Source: Clostridia bacterium (GTDB lineage: Bacteria > Bacillota > Clostridia > Oscillospirales > RGIG5299). From it: a stretch of 64,000 nucleotides of DNA. The DNA lies in contig JAFVQJ010000023.1 of the NCBI GenBank assembly GCA_017504945.1, positions 11,745 through 75,744 on the forward strand. Reading direction: 5' to 3'. Below the pieces are notes generated by a model. That model saw only the letters and a list, made by a program, of their open reading frames with translations, ran no database searches and was not told where the DNA came from. Each line of letters opens with the position of its first letter. Position 1 is the first letter of the stretch. The position numbers were made by a program, and so were the translations under genes. Below are positions 8,282 through 17,965 of this stretch, piece by piece.

Positions 8282-9673
8282 TTAATATATCTTTCCGGGG
8301 TTTAAAATGTTCTTTTCGTCGAAAACCTTTTTTATTCCCTCCATAATAGCTACGTGAACGTCGCCATACTGATATTTCAGATAGCTCTTTTTTACGTAGC
8401 CGATTCCGTGCTCGCCCGAAACAAGTCCTCCAAGCTCTCGTGCTTTTTTATACATACTGTCGAAGCAAAGAGAAAGGGTCCTTTCCCATTTTGTTTTTGA
8501 TAGCTTATCACGGCATATGTAAACGTGAAGGTTTCCGTCGCCTGCATGACCGAAGCTCGGAATTCTTACGTTATGTATTTCGGCAAGCTCGTGAGTGTAT
8601 TTGATAAATTCGTCTATTTTGTTGACCGGCACGACCACGTCGCACTCGTCCATTTCGGTGGTCGACGCCTTTATTGCCTCAAGAAAAGCTCCGCGTGCAG
8701 ACCACACTGCCTTTTTTCTCTCGTCGGTATCGACAATATAAACGTCGGTAGCACCTATTTCAAGACAGAGATCGGCAACTATCTCCATATCCTTATCGAC
8801 CTGCTCTTTGGTACTGCCGTCAAAGGTGAGGAGTATATAGGCGTCGCTCTTGGTATCGGGGAATTTTTTGCCGAGATAATCCTCGGAAAAAAGAATGGTA
8901 TCTCTTGACATATATTCTATTGCGGTAGGGATTACCTTTGAGCATATTATTTTCGGAACTGCCTCAATGGCGCTTTTCATATTACAAAAAGGTACTAATA
9001 GACTTATTGAATGCTTCGGCAACGGCACGAGCTTTAAAACTGCCTCGGATATTATGCAAAGGGTGCCTTCAGAGCCGATAACAAGATCCTTCAAGCTGTA
9101 GCCGGAGCTGTTTTTCGCAACCTTACCTCCGAGCGTTATAACCTCACCGTTTGGCATGACGACGGTGAGTGAGCGAACGTAATCTCTCGTAACGCCGTAT
9201 TTTACCGCTCTCATTCCGCCTGCATTGGTGGATATATTCCCTCCTACCGTTGCCGATTTTTCGCCCGGGTCTGGCGGATAGAGAAAATCGTGTTGCTCGG
9301 CAAATTCCGCAAGCTCCATAAGCAAAACGCCGGGCTGTACGGTGACGGTAAGATTGTCACTGTCGAGCGAAAGTATCTTGTTCATCTTTAGAGTTTCCAT
9401 AAGGATACCGCCCATAACAGGAACTGCCGCACCGACGAGTCCCGTGCCGCTGCCGCGAACCGTAACGGGAATGCTTCTCGAATAGGCGAGCTTCATAACG
9501 GCAGATATTTCCTCGGTGGAGCTTACTTTTACAACAGTTTCGGGCATTTTTTCAACGCCAGAAAGCTCGTCGTGAGAATAGTCGGGACTTATTTCGTCGC
9601 CGACGAGGACGTTTTTGTTTCCCAAAATTGCCTTTAAGGCTGCAATGTCGGCATCGGTAACTTTATTATACAT
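8282..9673 (-). CDS. lctD: FAD-linked 2-hydroxyacid dehydrogenase (GlcD/LctD-like D-lactate dehydrogenase subunit)
   Basis: [57 protein letters not shown]; overlaps the etfA stop. Confidence 0.85.
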   Translation of the reverse strand: MYNKVTDADIAALKAILGNKNVLVGDEISPDYSHDELSGVEKMPETVVKVSSTEEISAVMKLAYSRSIPVTVRGSGTGLVGAAVPVMGGILMETLKMNKILSLDSDNLTVTVQPGVLLMELAEFAEQHDFLYPPDPGEKSATVGGNISTNAGGMRAVKYGVTRDYVRSLTVVMPNGEVITLGGKVAKNSSGYSLKDLVIGSEGTLCIISEAVLKLVPLPKHSISLLVPFCNMKSAIEAVPKIICSKVIPTAIEYMSRDTILFSEDYLGKKFPDTKSDAYILLTFDGSTKEQVDKDMEIVADLCLEIGATDVYIVDTDERKKAVWSARGAFLEAIKASTTEMDECDVVVPVNKIDEFIKYTHELAEIHNVRIPSFGHAGDGNLHVYICRDKLSKTKWERTLSLCFDSMYKKARELGGLVSGEHGIGYVKKSYLKYQYGDVHVAIMEGIKKVFDEKNILNPGKIY

Positions 9674-10862
9674 CGCGGTTCTCCCTTATTTTAGTTATCA
9701 GCTCGGGTAAAATGGCAGCTGCATCGCCGACAATGCAGTAATGTGCAATATCGAAAATGGGGGCATTTTTGTCGGTGTTTATTGCAACGATACACTCGGA
9801 GGATTTCATGCCTGCGGCAAATTGAACCGCACCCGAAATGCCGAGACAAATAATGAGCTTTGGCTTTACTGTTCTGCCGGAAAGACCTATTTGGCGTTTG
9901 GCGTCGAAAATACTGTTTTCAACAAGCGGTCTTGTGCAGGCGACAATGCCTCCCAGAAGCTTTGCAAGCTCTTTTGCGTTTTCCATAACGGCATCGTCAA
10001 GTGCGCCTCTGCCGACGGCAACAATTACCTTTGCTTCGGAAATGTCAATATCGGTGGGCTTCAGAGTGGTGGAGATTATTTCAATATCCGAAACCAACAT
10101 TTCAAAAGGAACGTCCATTCTTATTATCTCGCCGTGCGGCTCGGTGGGCACGGGCTCTGAAAAGACCTTATAGCGCGCGGTGCAGAACTGCGGTCTTGTG
10201 TTAGGAGTGATTATCTGCGCCATAATGTTGCCGCCGAATGCGGGACGTATTTGAACGAGGTCGGTGTTTTCCTTCATTTCAAGCACAGTACAGTCTGCGG
10301 TAAGACCGGTGCGGCATCTCGCCGCAATTCTCGGAGCCAACTGTCTGCCGAGGTCGGTTGCGCCAACGAGAACAGACGAGGGCTTTATCTTTTGAATAAA
10401 ATCATAAAATGCGGCCGTGAATGGCTCGATTCTGAAATCGGCAAATTGAGGATGATCGTAAACGAATACCTTATCGACGCCGTAGCGGAGAAGTCTTCGC
10501 GCATTTTTATCCAGCTGATAGCCTATCATTATTACGTAAACGGGATGATTCGTTACCTTGGCAAGCTCGTGAGCCTTGCCGATAAGCTCACAGGTGACTC
10601 GGTGAAGCTTGTTTCTGGTGCAGTCGGCAAAGACACAAATACCGTTCCAAAGAGACTTGTCAACGCTTTTTCTGGCGTGACTGTCGTCAATGTATTCCAC
10701 GATACCCTCGCTTTTTCTTACGCATATCTTACACATTTTGCAGGCGGCGGATATTGAAAGCTCGCTTCCGTTATAGGATATGGCGCTAAAAGGACAGAGC
10801 TTTACTATATTTGCTGCTTTTTCGGGGGTGAGTGCTTTTTGATTGATTACAAGGTTTCCCAT
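9666..10862 (-). CDS. etfA: Electron transfer flavoprotein large subunit with N-terminal ferredoxin-like extension (LctC-like)
   Basis: [38 protein letters not shown]; N-terminal CP...CKMCKIC. Confidence 0.92.
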   Translation of the reverse strand: MGNLVINQKALTPEKAANIVKLCPFSAISYNGSELSISAACKMCKICVRKSEGIVEYIDDSHARKSVDKSLWNGICVFADCTRNKLHRVTCELIGKAHELAKVTNHPVYVIMIGYQLDKNARRLLRYGVDKVFVYDHPQFADFRIEPFTAAFYDFIQKIKPSSVLVGATDLGRQLAPRIAARCRTGLTADCTVLEMKENTDLVQIRPAFGGNIMAQIITPNTRPQFCTARYKVFSEPVPTEPHGEIIRMDVPFEMLVSDIEIISTTLKPTDIDISEAKVIVAVGRGALDDAVMENAKELAKLLGGIVACTRPLVENSIFDAKRQIGLSGRTVKPKLIICLGISGAVQFAAGMKSSECIVAINTDKNAPIFDIAHYCIVGDAAAILPELITKIRENRDV

Positions 10863-11663
10863 TTACTTTTCCACCTCGAGCATTTTTTTCGATACAAGCA
10901 GAGAATAAAGATTACTTGCCTGATTTTTATAATCGCCGTCGAATGTTATCTTGGTATCGTTTTTTTCGGGCGGAAATATACGTTCAACTTGAGTTGCCGA
11001 ACCGTTTAACCCAAAGCGCTCGGCGTTTTTGTCGTTAAAATCGTCAAGCGATAAAAATCTTACTACGTCGTCGTTTAAGGATCTTTTTATTTTATAAGAG
11101 GGAAGCCGCGGAGTGTTTATGTCGCCCTCGACCGAAATAAGACAGGGCATGGTTATTGAAAGGGACACCGTTTTATCGTCAAGACCTGCGGTGAGATAAA
11201 GCTTGTTTTCTCTTATATCGTTAACGGAAATGACGTTTGAAACGTTGGGAATACCGAGATACTCCGCAAGCTCGGCACCGACTTGAGCGGTGTCGCCGTC
11301 TGTCGTTTGCTTGCCGCAGATAATTATATCGTATTTTCCGCTTATCTTTATTCCGTGAGAAAGAGTGTGGGCGGTTGAGAGAACGTCTGCTCCCGCAAAA
11401 CGCCTGTCGGAAAGGACGGTGCCGCGAGAGGCGCCCATGCACACCGTTTCCAAAATCACGTCCTTTGCCTGAGGCGGTCCCATCGTAATGCTTTCGACCT
11501 CGGCACCGAATTTTTCGGAAATAAAAAGCGCCGTTTCAATAGCATAGAGATCATAGGGGTTGATTTTACTCAAAACGCCGTTTCTTTTCAGAACGCCGGT
11601 AACGGGATCGACCTCAACGTTGCTTGAACCGGGCACCTGCTTTACACAAACTAAAATTTTCAC
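10863..11663 (-). CDS. etfB: Electron transfer flavoprotein small subunit (LctB-like)
   Basis: ILVCVKQVP, NPYDLYAIE, LSDRRFAGAD, GKQTTDGDTAQVG. Confidence 0.93.
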   Translation of the reverse strand: MKILVCVKQVPGSSNVEVDPVTGVLKRNGVLSKINPYDLYAIETALFISEKFGAEVESITMGPPQAKDVILETVCMGASRGTVLSDRRFAGADVLSTAHTLSHGIKISGKYDIIICGKQTTDGDTAQVGAELAEYLGIPNVSNVISVNDIRENKLYLTAGLDDKTVSLSITMPCLISVEGDINTPRLPSYKIKRSLNDDVVRFLSLDDFNDKNAERFGLNGSATQVERIFPPEKNDTKITFDGDYKNQASNLYSLLVSKKMLEVEK

Positions 11664-11702
11664 AAAGGACCTCCCTGAAATGAAATGAATTATTGTAGAA
11701 AA

Positions 11703-11753
11703 ATTATAGCATAAAGCTACGTAATTATCAATATATTGTTAAAATGATAACAA
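11703..11753 (-). promoter_or_regulatory. sigma-A promoter of etfB-etfA-ldh with an adjacent Rex-like operator
   Basis: Minus strand: TTGATA (11726-31), 17 nt, TG-TATAAT (11703-08). Palindrome TTGTTAA-AATG-ATAACAA at 11736-11753 matches the clostridial Rex consensus TTGTTAANNNNTTAACAA with one mismatch. Confidence 0.65.
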
Positions 11754-11795
11754 TTTTCACAGAAATTTGTAAAAGTTGCACAAAAAAGCACATTA

Positions 11796-11824
11796 AAAAA
11801 GACACTCTGAGGAGTGCCTTTTTG
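11796..11824 (-). terminator. Terminator after the AIM24-family gene
   Basis: AAAAAGACACTC-TGAG-GAGTGCCTTTTT. Confidence 0.65.
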
Positions 11825-11844
11825 TGTAATATCAATAAACGGAT

Positions 11845-12573
11845 TCAGTCGCCCAAGCGGATGTTTATTCCGCCGCCGTTATTGTTGTTATCGTCGTTTA
11901 CGTGAATATAGGGGGAAATTCTCTGCGCGGTGTTTATTACGGGCATAGACTGGATATAGACCTTTCCGGGACCGGTAACGCGGGTGTGAAAAAGCCCCTC
12001 GCCGCCGAAAAAGACGTTTTTAAAGCCCTTTACCGTTTGGATATCCATACTGCAGCTCTCGCTCATTGCGGCAAGGTAGCCGGTGTCGATGACGATGCTC
12101 TCGCCTGCGGCAAGATCGTATTCCTTGCAGTATCCGTCTATCTCAAGAAAGACGGTGCCGTTTCCGGTTATCTTTTGCATAATAAAGCCTTCACCGCCGA
12201 AAAATCCGCCGCCGAGTCTCTTTTGCAGATATATTGAAAGCTCAAGTCCCTTTTCCATTGCAAGAAAGCCGCGCTTTTGAACGATAATGCCGTTGCCCTC
12301 GGTTACCTGATAGGGAATTATCGAGCCGGGAAAGCTCGAGGCAAAGGCTATCATACCTGCGCCACCCTCTGCGGTGTATTCGTTTATAAATAGCGATTCG
12401 CCCGAAAACATTCTGCCAAGTACCTTTTTGAAGCCGCCGCCCGAATTGGTGGTCATTTTCATATTGGGACTCATCCAGCTCATTGCGCCGCTTTCGGTGC
12501 AAACGGTCTGATTCGCCTCGGGATAACAGATAACGACGGGCAGGTTTCCGCCCTCTATCTCATATTTTAACAT
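11845..12573 (-). CDS. AIM24 / TIGR00266 family protein
   Basis: ESGAMSWMS, GESLFINEY, GFFGGEGFIMQ, FFGGEGLF, GPGKVYIQSMP. Confidence 0.88.
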   Translation of the reverse strand: MLKYEIEGGNLPVVICYPEANQTVCTESGAMSWMSPNMKMTTNSGGGFKKVLGRMFSGESLFINEYTAEGGAGMIAFASSFPGSIIPYQVTEGNGIIVQKRGFLAMEKGLELSIYLQKRLGGGFFGGEGFIMQKITGNGTVFLEIDGYCKEYDLAAGESIVIDTGYLAAMSESCSMDIQTVKGFKNVFFGGEGLFHTRVTGPGKVYIQSMPVINTAQRISPYIHVNDDNNNNGGGINIRLGD

Positions 12574-12738
12574 ATTATCTCTCCTTTGCCTTTTTTGTAT
12601 TATACCACAGGCTTGAAATATAAGTCAATATCTGAAAATATTTTATGCAAATATAGACTTTTATATTTGTTTGTGCTATACTTTTAAAAGGTTTCAGACT
12701 TCTGCATGAATGCAGCTGTGACGAAGGAAGTAATTTAT

Positions 12739-13290
12739 ATGAAAAGTAATAGTAAGCTTATTAAAATGATACTTGCGGCGCTCTTTTTGGCGCTTGCATA
12801 TATAATGCCGTTTTTGACGGGGCAGATACCCGATATAGGTGCAATGCTTTGTCCTATGCATATTCCGGTGCTTCTTTGCGGCTTTGTTTGCGGCTGGCCG
12901 TGGGGACTGCTGGTAGGATTTATTGCGCCGCTCCTTCGCTCGTTTTTGACGGGCGGCTTTCCGCCTATATTTCCAACCGCCGTGGCAATGGCTTTTGAGC
13001 TTGCGGCATACGGCGCCGTTTCGGGCTTGATGCATAAGATTTTACCTAAAAAAAGGCCGTATATCTACTGCTCGTTAGTCATCGCAATGGCAGTGGGAAG
13101 AGCAGCTTGGGGAATTGCAACGGCAATTTGCCTCGGAATAAGCGGAAAGGCATTTGGAATCGAGGCGTTTTTTGCGGGTGCGATAGTAAATGCCATACCG
13201 GGAATAGCGTTGCAGATAGTGCTCGTTCCCGTGATCGTTATGATATTTGAAAAGATAGCTTACAATAATAGAAAAAGCGACAGCAATTAA
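12739..13290 (+). CDS. ECF transporter S component
   Basis: Six-TM protein with AALFLALAY..P, LCPMHIPVLLCG, AMAFEL and PGIALQI motifs; ATG 12739 after AAGGAAG. Confidence 0.8.
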   Translation: MKSNSKLIKMILAALFLALAYIMPFLTGQIPDIGAMLCPMHIPVLLCGFVCGWPWGLLVGFIAPLLRSFLTGGFPPIFPTAVAMAFELAAYGAVSGLMHKILPKKRPYIYCSLVIAMAVGRAAWGIATAICLGISGKAFGIEAFFAGAIVNAIPGIALQIVLVPVIVMIFEKIAYNNRKSDSN

Positions 13291-13307
13291 AGAGGCAAGA
13301 TCTATTT

Positions 13308-14615
13308 ATGAACACAGTAGCCGATGATATTTATTTATCAAAGGAAAACAAAATAACGCGAAATGCATATATCTGGGAGTGCGCCTTTGAGTATTTTATC
13401 TCTCTCCTGATATCCGACGCCTATCTTTCAAGCTTATTAAGCTATATGAATATAAGCGACGGTATGATAGGCGTTATCACCGCACTTATATCGTTTTCAT
13501 TTATCTTTCAGCTTTTGTCGCTCGTTGCGGTGAAAAAGATAGTAAGGGTAAAGAGGACTGTAACGGTAATTCATTTTGCCAGTCAGCTGTTTTTTACAAC
13601 GATGTTTTTCCTTCCGTTTTTATCGGCGTCCACAGAGATGAAAACGGGACTTGTAATAATCTGCACCGTTTTCGGATATCTCGGAAGCCGAATGGTAACG
13701 GCGCTCATTTTTAAATGGGGAATGACTTCGGTAGATCCTCATAAGAGAGCAAGCTACTCGGCGACCAAGGAAATGGTGTCGCTCGTGAGCGGAACCGCCG
13801 TTATGCTTCTTTCGGGCTACGCGGTGGACCTTTTTGCCGCAAAAGGCAATATTGAGGGCGGATTTATCTTTTTGGCAGTTGTAATATTTGCCTTCAATCT
13901 TTTGGATCTTATTTGCCTTCTCCTTATGAAGAATCCGAAGGGAAATACCGAAAATACCGATAAAGAGCCGATTTTAAAGGTAGTGGTATCGCTTTTTAAA
14001 AACAAGGCGTTTCTATCTATTACCGTTATTACCGTGCTGTATTTTTCGGCGATGTATCTCACGAACAGCTTTATGGGAATATATAAGATCGCAAAAGAGG
14101 ATCTTGGCTTTACCGTAGGTGAGGCGCAGGTAATAAATATAGTGGGTATGCTTTTTCGCTTTGCTATATCCAAGCCGATAGGAAGGTTTTCCGATAAAAC
14201 CTCTTATTCTACGGGATTTTTGGTTGGTGCGGTAATGTTTAGCGTTTGCTTTTTCTTGAATATCTTCACTTCGCCGTCGGCAAGGTGGATGATATGGGTA
14301 TATACCCTCCTTTTTAACGGCGCACAGGCGGCAATGCAACAGAACGTTGTGAATATCACTTTCGACTACGTTAAAGAGGAAGAATTCGTTCAGGCGACCT
14401 CGATAAAATCGGCAATAGCGGGAGGCGTGGGATTTCTTACCTCCATTTTGGGCGGTTGGATAGTCGACGCCGTTCAAGCCTCCGGAAACAGCTTTATGGG
14501 AATAGAGGTAAGAGGTCAGCAGATACTTTCAGCAATTTCTTGCATACTTTCGGTAATGCTTGTGCTGTTTATGATATTCGTTATGAAAAAGCAAAAGCGA
14601 GTGGACGAAGAATAG
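13308..14615 (+). CDS. MFS transporter
   Basis: ~12 hydrophobic helices in two halves; IGRFSDK loop motif. Confidence 0.8.
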   Translation: MNTVADDIYLSKENKITRNAYIWECAFEYFISLLISDAYLSSLLSYMNISDGMIGVITALISFSFIFQLLSLVAVKKIVRVKRTVTVIHFASQLFFTTMFFLPFLSASTEMKTGLVIICTVFGYLGSRMVTALIFKWGMTSVDPHKRASYSATKEMVSLVSGTAVMLLSGYAVDLFAAKGNIEGGFIFLAVVIFAFNLLDLICLLLMKNPKGNTENTDKEPILKVVVSLFKNKAFLSITVITVLYFSAMYLTNSFMGIYKIAKEDLGFTVGEAQVINIVGMLFRFAISKPIGRFSDKTSYSTGFLVGAVMFSVCFFLNIFTSPSARWMIWVYTLLFNGAQAAMQQNVVNITFDYVKEEEFVQATSIKSAIAGGVGFLTSILGGWIVDAVQASGNSFMGIEVRGQQILSAISCILSVMLVLFMIFVMKKQKRVDEE

Positions 14616-14634
14616 TTTAAAGGGCGGCGAAAAA

Positions 14635-15690
14635 ATGGAAGGTCGCAATGAATTAATTGAATATTTCAAGGCATATCCCGAGCTTGAGATTCGTGATATC
14701 TTTAAGTTCCTTTTTCAGAGCATCTTCGGTTGCGAGCATATTGCATTGTCGGAGCGATCGGTGGTTGCGAAAATTGAGGAGGAGGCAGCCTCCTTTTTTG
14801 GAAACGGCGACAAAGAGGTTACTTCGCTTATCGGCGATTACAGCCGCATTTCTCTTTCGGTGCTTAATACGGGAATTACTCCGCAAACGCTTGGAAGGCT
14901 CGTTTGCCTTTCGGCAAAGCACGGCAAAAAGGGAAGCGAAGATGAGCTTGAAAAAAGGCTTTTTGAGGTAAAAGAGCTTATTTTAAGCGGCAAATTGCCA
15001 TTTGAAATAAACGAATTTGAAGAGCAGGCGGAAAAATGGAGAGAAAGCGGCTTTGCACCGCTTCATCACTCCGATCTCTATCGAGAAAAATACAAGCCCG
15101 CCTACCGTCTTGCTTCAAATGCATATATTCCTTTTTTGCCGCTTTTTGCAAGGCTTGACACACTGCTTTCAAACGGTAGAGTCATTTTGGCAATAGAGGG
15201 CGGAAGCGCAAGCGGAAAGACGACTCTCGCATCACTTTTAAAGGAGCTTTACGGCGCCGCTGTCTTTCACGCCGACGATTATTTTCTTCAGCCGCATCAA
15301 AGAACGAAAGAGCGTCTTTCGGAGATAGGCGGCAACCTCGACAGAGAAAGACTTAAGGAGGAAATTCTTATTCCGCTTTCCCAAAACGGAGAGGTGCGCT
15401 TCAGACGTTACGACTGTCAAAGCGGCAGGCTGCTTGCTCCGAAAAGCGTGACGACTGCACCGCTTACCGTTATAGAGGGCGCCTATTCGCTGCACCCCGA
15501 GTTAAGAGGATTTTACGACATCACCGTATTTCTCGATATAGATAAGGAGCTTCAAAAAGCACGGGTAACGGCGAGAAACGGAGAAATGGCGCACCGATTC
15601 TTTGATGAGTGGATACCCCTTGAGGATATTTACTTTAAAGAGCTTGATATAAAGAAAAAAGCAGATATTATAATAAAAATAGGAGAGTAA
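14635..15690 (+). CDS. Uridine/nucleoside kinase-like P-loop protein with N-terminal domain of unknown function
   Basis: C-terminal half has AIEGGSASGKTT, FHADDYF, VIEGAYSL and FFDEWIPLED; the first ~170 aa are unrecognised. Confidence 0.7.
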   Translation: MEGRNELIEYFKAYPELEIRDIFKFLFQSIFGCEHIALSERSVVAKIEEEAASFFGNGDKEVTSLIGDYSRISLSVLNTGITPQTLGRLVCLSAKHGKKGSEDELEKRLFEVKELILSGKLPFEINEFEEQAEKWRESGFAPLHHSDLYREKYKPAYRLASNAYIPFLPLFARLDTLLSNGRVILAIEGGSASGKTTLASLLKELYGAAVFHADDYFLQPHQRTKERLSEIGGNLDRERLKEEILIPLSQNGEVRFRRYDCQSGRLLAPKSVTTAPLTVIEGAYSLHPELRGFYDITVFLDIDKELQKARVTARNGEMAHRFFDEWIPLEDIYFKELDIKKKADIIIKIGE

Positions 15691-15696
15691 TGTAAA

Positions 15697-17106
15697 ATGG
15701 TTAAAAAAATTTTATTGATCCTTACCGTCGTTGTAATGCTTTTGCCGTTTGCCTCCTGCGGAGCAAAGCCCGCATTGGCAGACTACGTAGTAACCTACGG
15801 CGCGGGTGAGAAAAAGGCGGCAGAGCTACTTGTAGAAAAAATCAAGGAAAAGACGGGTATTGCTCTTGAGCTTGTGGCAGAAAACACCGTAAACAGCGAT
15901 CTGGTGATCTCTGTGAATGCAGATGAGGTCGGAAACTTCGAGGGAAACCTTGGATACGATGACTTTACCGTATATACCGAGGGTAAAGGTCTTCACATTG
16001 TCGGCGGCTCCGACTATGCAACGAATACTGCCGTTACAAGACTCGTAAAGCTGATGAGTGCCAATCCTGACGAATTTGACGTGGCAAAGCTTTCACTTTC
16101 CTACGCGTTACCGTCGAGAGAGGAATATATCCAAAATCCCGAAAAGCTTGCACTCCATTGGGAATCGGATTTCGAAACACCATCGTGGATGCTGGATTTT
16201 GAAGAGAAATACAGAGCGATGACAGACGTTGACGGAAGACTTATCTCGTGCTTACACCGCGGAGAAGCAGTCTATTATCCCGAAAACTCAATAGAGGGAA
16301 TAATAAGTGCGATATATATGGGCGGCGATATGATAGAGATCGACCCGCGCCTTACCAAAGACGGAGTTTTCGTCTTAATGCACGATGAAACCCTCGGCCG
16401 CACCACAGACGTCTATTCAAAGGTCGGTAAAAACGGATTGCCATCAACGGTAAATATAAGCGATTGGACCTATGAGCAGCTTATGCAGCTGAACTTAAAG
16501 GATGCAAGCGGAGACGTCACACCTTATAAGATACCCACCCTTGAGGAGGCTATAAAGGTCTCTGCAAACCGAATTTTCATAAGACTTGACGTCAAGGGCC
16601 CCACGGGAAGCGATCTTCCGTTTTGGGATTTTGAAAAGGATATCTGGCCGCTTCTGGAAAAATATAACTGTCACTCAACCGTGCTTTATACCTGGCAAAA
16701 ATTTTTCCGTGCAGACAGCTTTAAGCTTGTAAAGAAATACCGTAACCTTTCGGAGAAAGCCTCGGGAAAAGCAATGCTTGGCTTTTTGAATAACAAAACC
16801 ACGGCAGATGATGCACTTAAGGTTATCGAAAATCACGATCTTGCTTATGCAATGAGACTCTCCTTCAATTTAAGCGAATTCGGCTACAATACCTTCCTTT
16901 CCGAAAATAAGGACAGGCTTGATGGTTTTAAGGGCAAAATAAGAATTTATGCCGACGTTCACAACACAAACCCGAAATATCCGCAAAACAAGGAATCTTA
17001 CGAGCTTTACGAAACGCTTTATAACGCGGGAATAAACGTTCAGCTTGCAGACAAAAGTATCCTGATATGCAAATACGTTGCGGAAAACTTCACCGCAACG
17101 AAGTAA
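15697..17106 (+). CDS. Lipoprotein glycerophosphodiester phosphodiesterase with N-terminal accessory domain
   Basis: Lipobox FASC; HRG..YPENSI, IEIDPRLTKDGVFVLMHD, IPTLEE. Confidence 0.85.
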   Translation: MVKKILLILTVVVMLLPFASCGAKPALADYVVTYGAGEKKAAELLVEKIKEKTGIALELVAENTVNSDLVISVNADEVGNFEGNLGYDDFTVYTEGKGLHIVGGSDYATNTAVTRLVKLMSANPDEFDVAKLSLSYALPSREEYIQNPEKLALHWESDFETPSWMLDFEEKYRAMTDVDGRLISCLHRGEAVYYPENSIEGIISAIYMGGDMIEIDPRLTKDGVFVLMHDETLGRTTDVYSKVGKNGLPSTVNISDWTYEQLMQLNLKDASGDVTPYKIPTLEEAIKVSANRIFIRLDVKGPTGSDLPFWDFEKDIWPLLEKYNCHSTVLYTWQKFFRADSFKLVKKYRNLSEKASGKAMLGFLNNKTTADDALKVIENHDLAYAMRLSFNLSEFGYNTFLSENKDRLDGFKGKIRIYADVHNTNPKYPQNKESYELYETLYNAGINVQLADKSILICKYVAENFTATK

Positions 17107-17130
17107 ATCAAAAACAAAAAAGCTATCCCA

Positions 17131-17166
17131 TTGCGAGACTTCTCATAAGGAAGTCTCGCAGTTTTA
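17131..17166 (+). terminator. Terminator after the phosphodiesterase gene
   Basis: TGCGAGACTTC-TCATAAG-GAAGTCTCGCA followed by GTTTTAT. Confidence 0.7.
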
Positions 17167-17340
17167 TTCGCCAAATATATTTGGCGAGTGATATTGCTTC
17201 GCAGTGATATGATGCTTCGCATCGTGATATTCGGCTACGCCGAGTTTGGCGAATAAAATAACACTGAAACCGCAAGGTTTCAATAACACTATTGCGTAAG
17301 CGATAATATCACTCCGACAAAGTCGGAATATAACTCTTGC
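17161..17340. repeat. Hairpin-ladder element A (GTGATAT-like x4, then ATATCAC-like x4, interleaved with mini-hairpins)
   Basis: GTTTTAT 17161; GTGATAT 17188, 17204, 17224; ATAACAC 17258, 17283; ATATCAC 17306; ATATAAC 17328; palindromic spacers. Confidence 0.85.
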
Positions 17341-17365
17341 TTTCTCAGCAGATTTTTGATATAAT
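17337..17365 (+). promoter_or_regulatory. sigma-A promoter with extended -10, abutting ladder A
   Basis: TTGCTT (17337-42), 17 nt, TATAAT (17360-65) preceded by TG. Confidence 0.7.
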
Positions 17366-17505
17366 ACAATCAGCATGATAGGGGTATGGGCTTTGCCCTA
17401 TGCCTTTGTAATACAAAGGCGAAACTGGCGATAAAACGGAATGACAAATTCTCATTTAGCAAATAGTTGAATTAATCAAAAATTACAATATATGGAGGAA
17501 TTAAA

Positions 17506-17931
17506 ATGAATAAAATTCAAAAAAGAGATTTGTTGGGATTTTTTGTTTTTTTGCTGATTTTAGTTGCTATTTTTTGTATATCTGTTTTTGTATATCCAAT
17601 GTGTTTGACAAGTGAAGGCTATTCGGGTGAACATGTCACCCCAAGCCTGAAAGAAATAATAAAATCTATGTTGTTCTTTATTCCAATTATATTATCTTTT
17701 TTTGCTGCAATATATCTCTATTATTTTGCTTTAAAATTCAAGAGATTTAATAAGTTGGTTTTTCCGTGTATTGTTATTGATGCTACGGTTTTAGTATTTT
17801 TGGGTGGTATCGCATTATGCGGTGGAGCTTTTTTGTGGTTAATGTTTTTAATAATTCCCGCTTCTTTTGTCTTGTTCATTTTAGGAATTATTTTTGGTTG
17901 GAAACTTGATAACAAATCCAAAAAGGCATAA
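17506..17931 (+). CDS. AT-rich orphan membrane protein (about four TM helices)
   Basis: RBS GGAGGA; very hydrophobic; base composition visibly more AT-rich than the flanking genes. Confidence 0.75.
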   Translation: MNKIQKRDLLGFFVFLLILVAIFCISVFVYPMCLTSEGYSGEHVTPSLKEIIKSMLFFIPIILSFFAAIYLYYFALKFKRFNKLVFPCIVIDATVLVFLGGIALCGGAFLWLMFLIIPASFVLFILGIIFGWKLDNKSKKA

Positions 17932-17965
17932 AAAATTCAACAGATTTCAGTTTATCGAATATATA

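Noticed and set aside
12690-12738. Riboswitch upstream of the ECF S component
   Set aside because: The leader is short and has no recognisable TPP, FMN, cobalamin, THF, SAM or preQ1 signature.
17161-17340. Possible CRISPR or mini-CRISPR array (also 27461-27635)
   Set aside because: Repeats are only 6-7 nt, flip orientation midway, spacers are short self-complementary hairpins, and there are no cas genes.
17164-17376. 70-aa minus-strand ORF
   Set aside because: Lies over ladder A and its promoter; no RBS or protein-like features.
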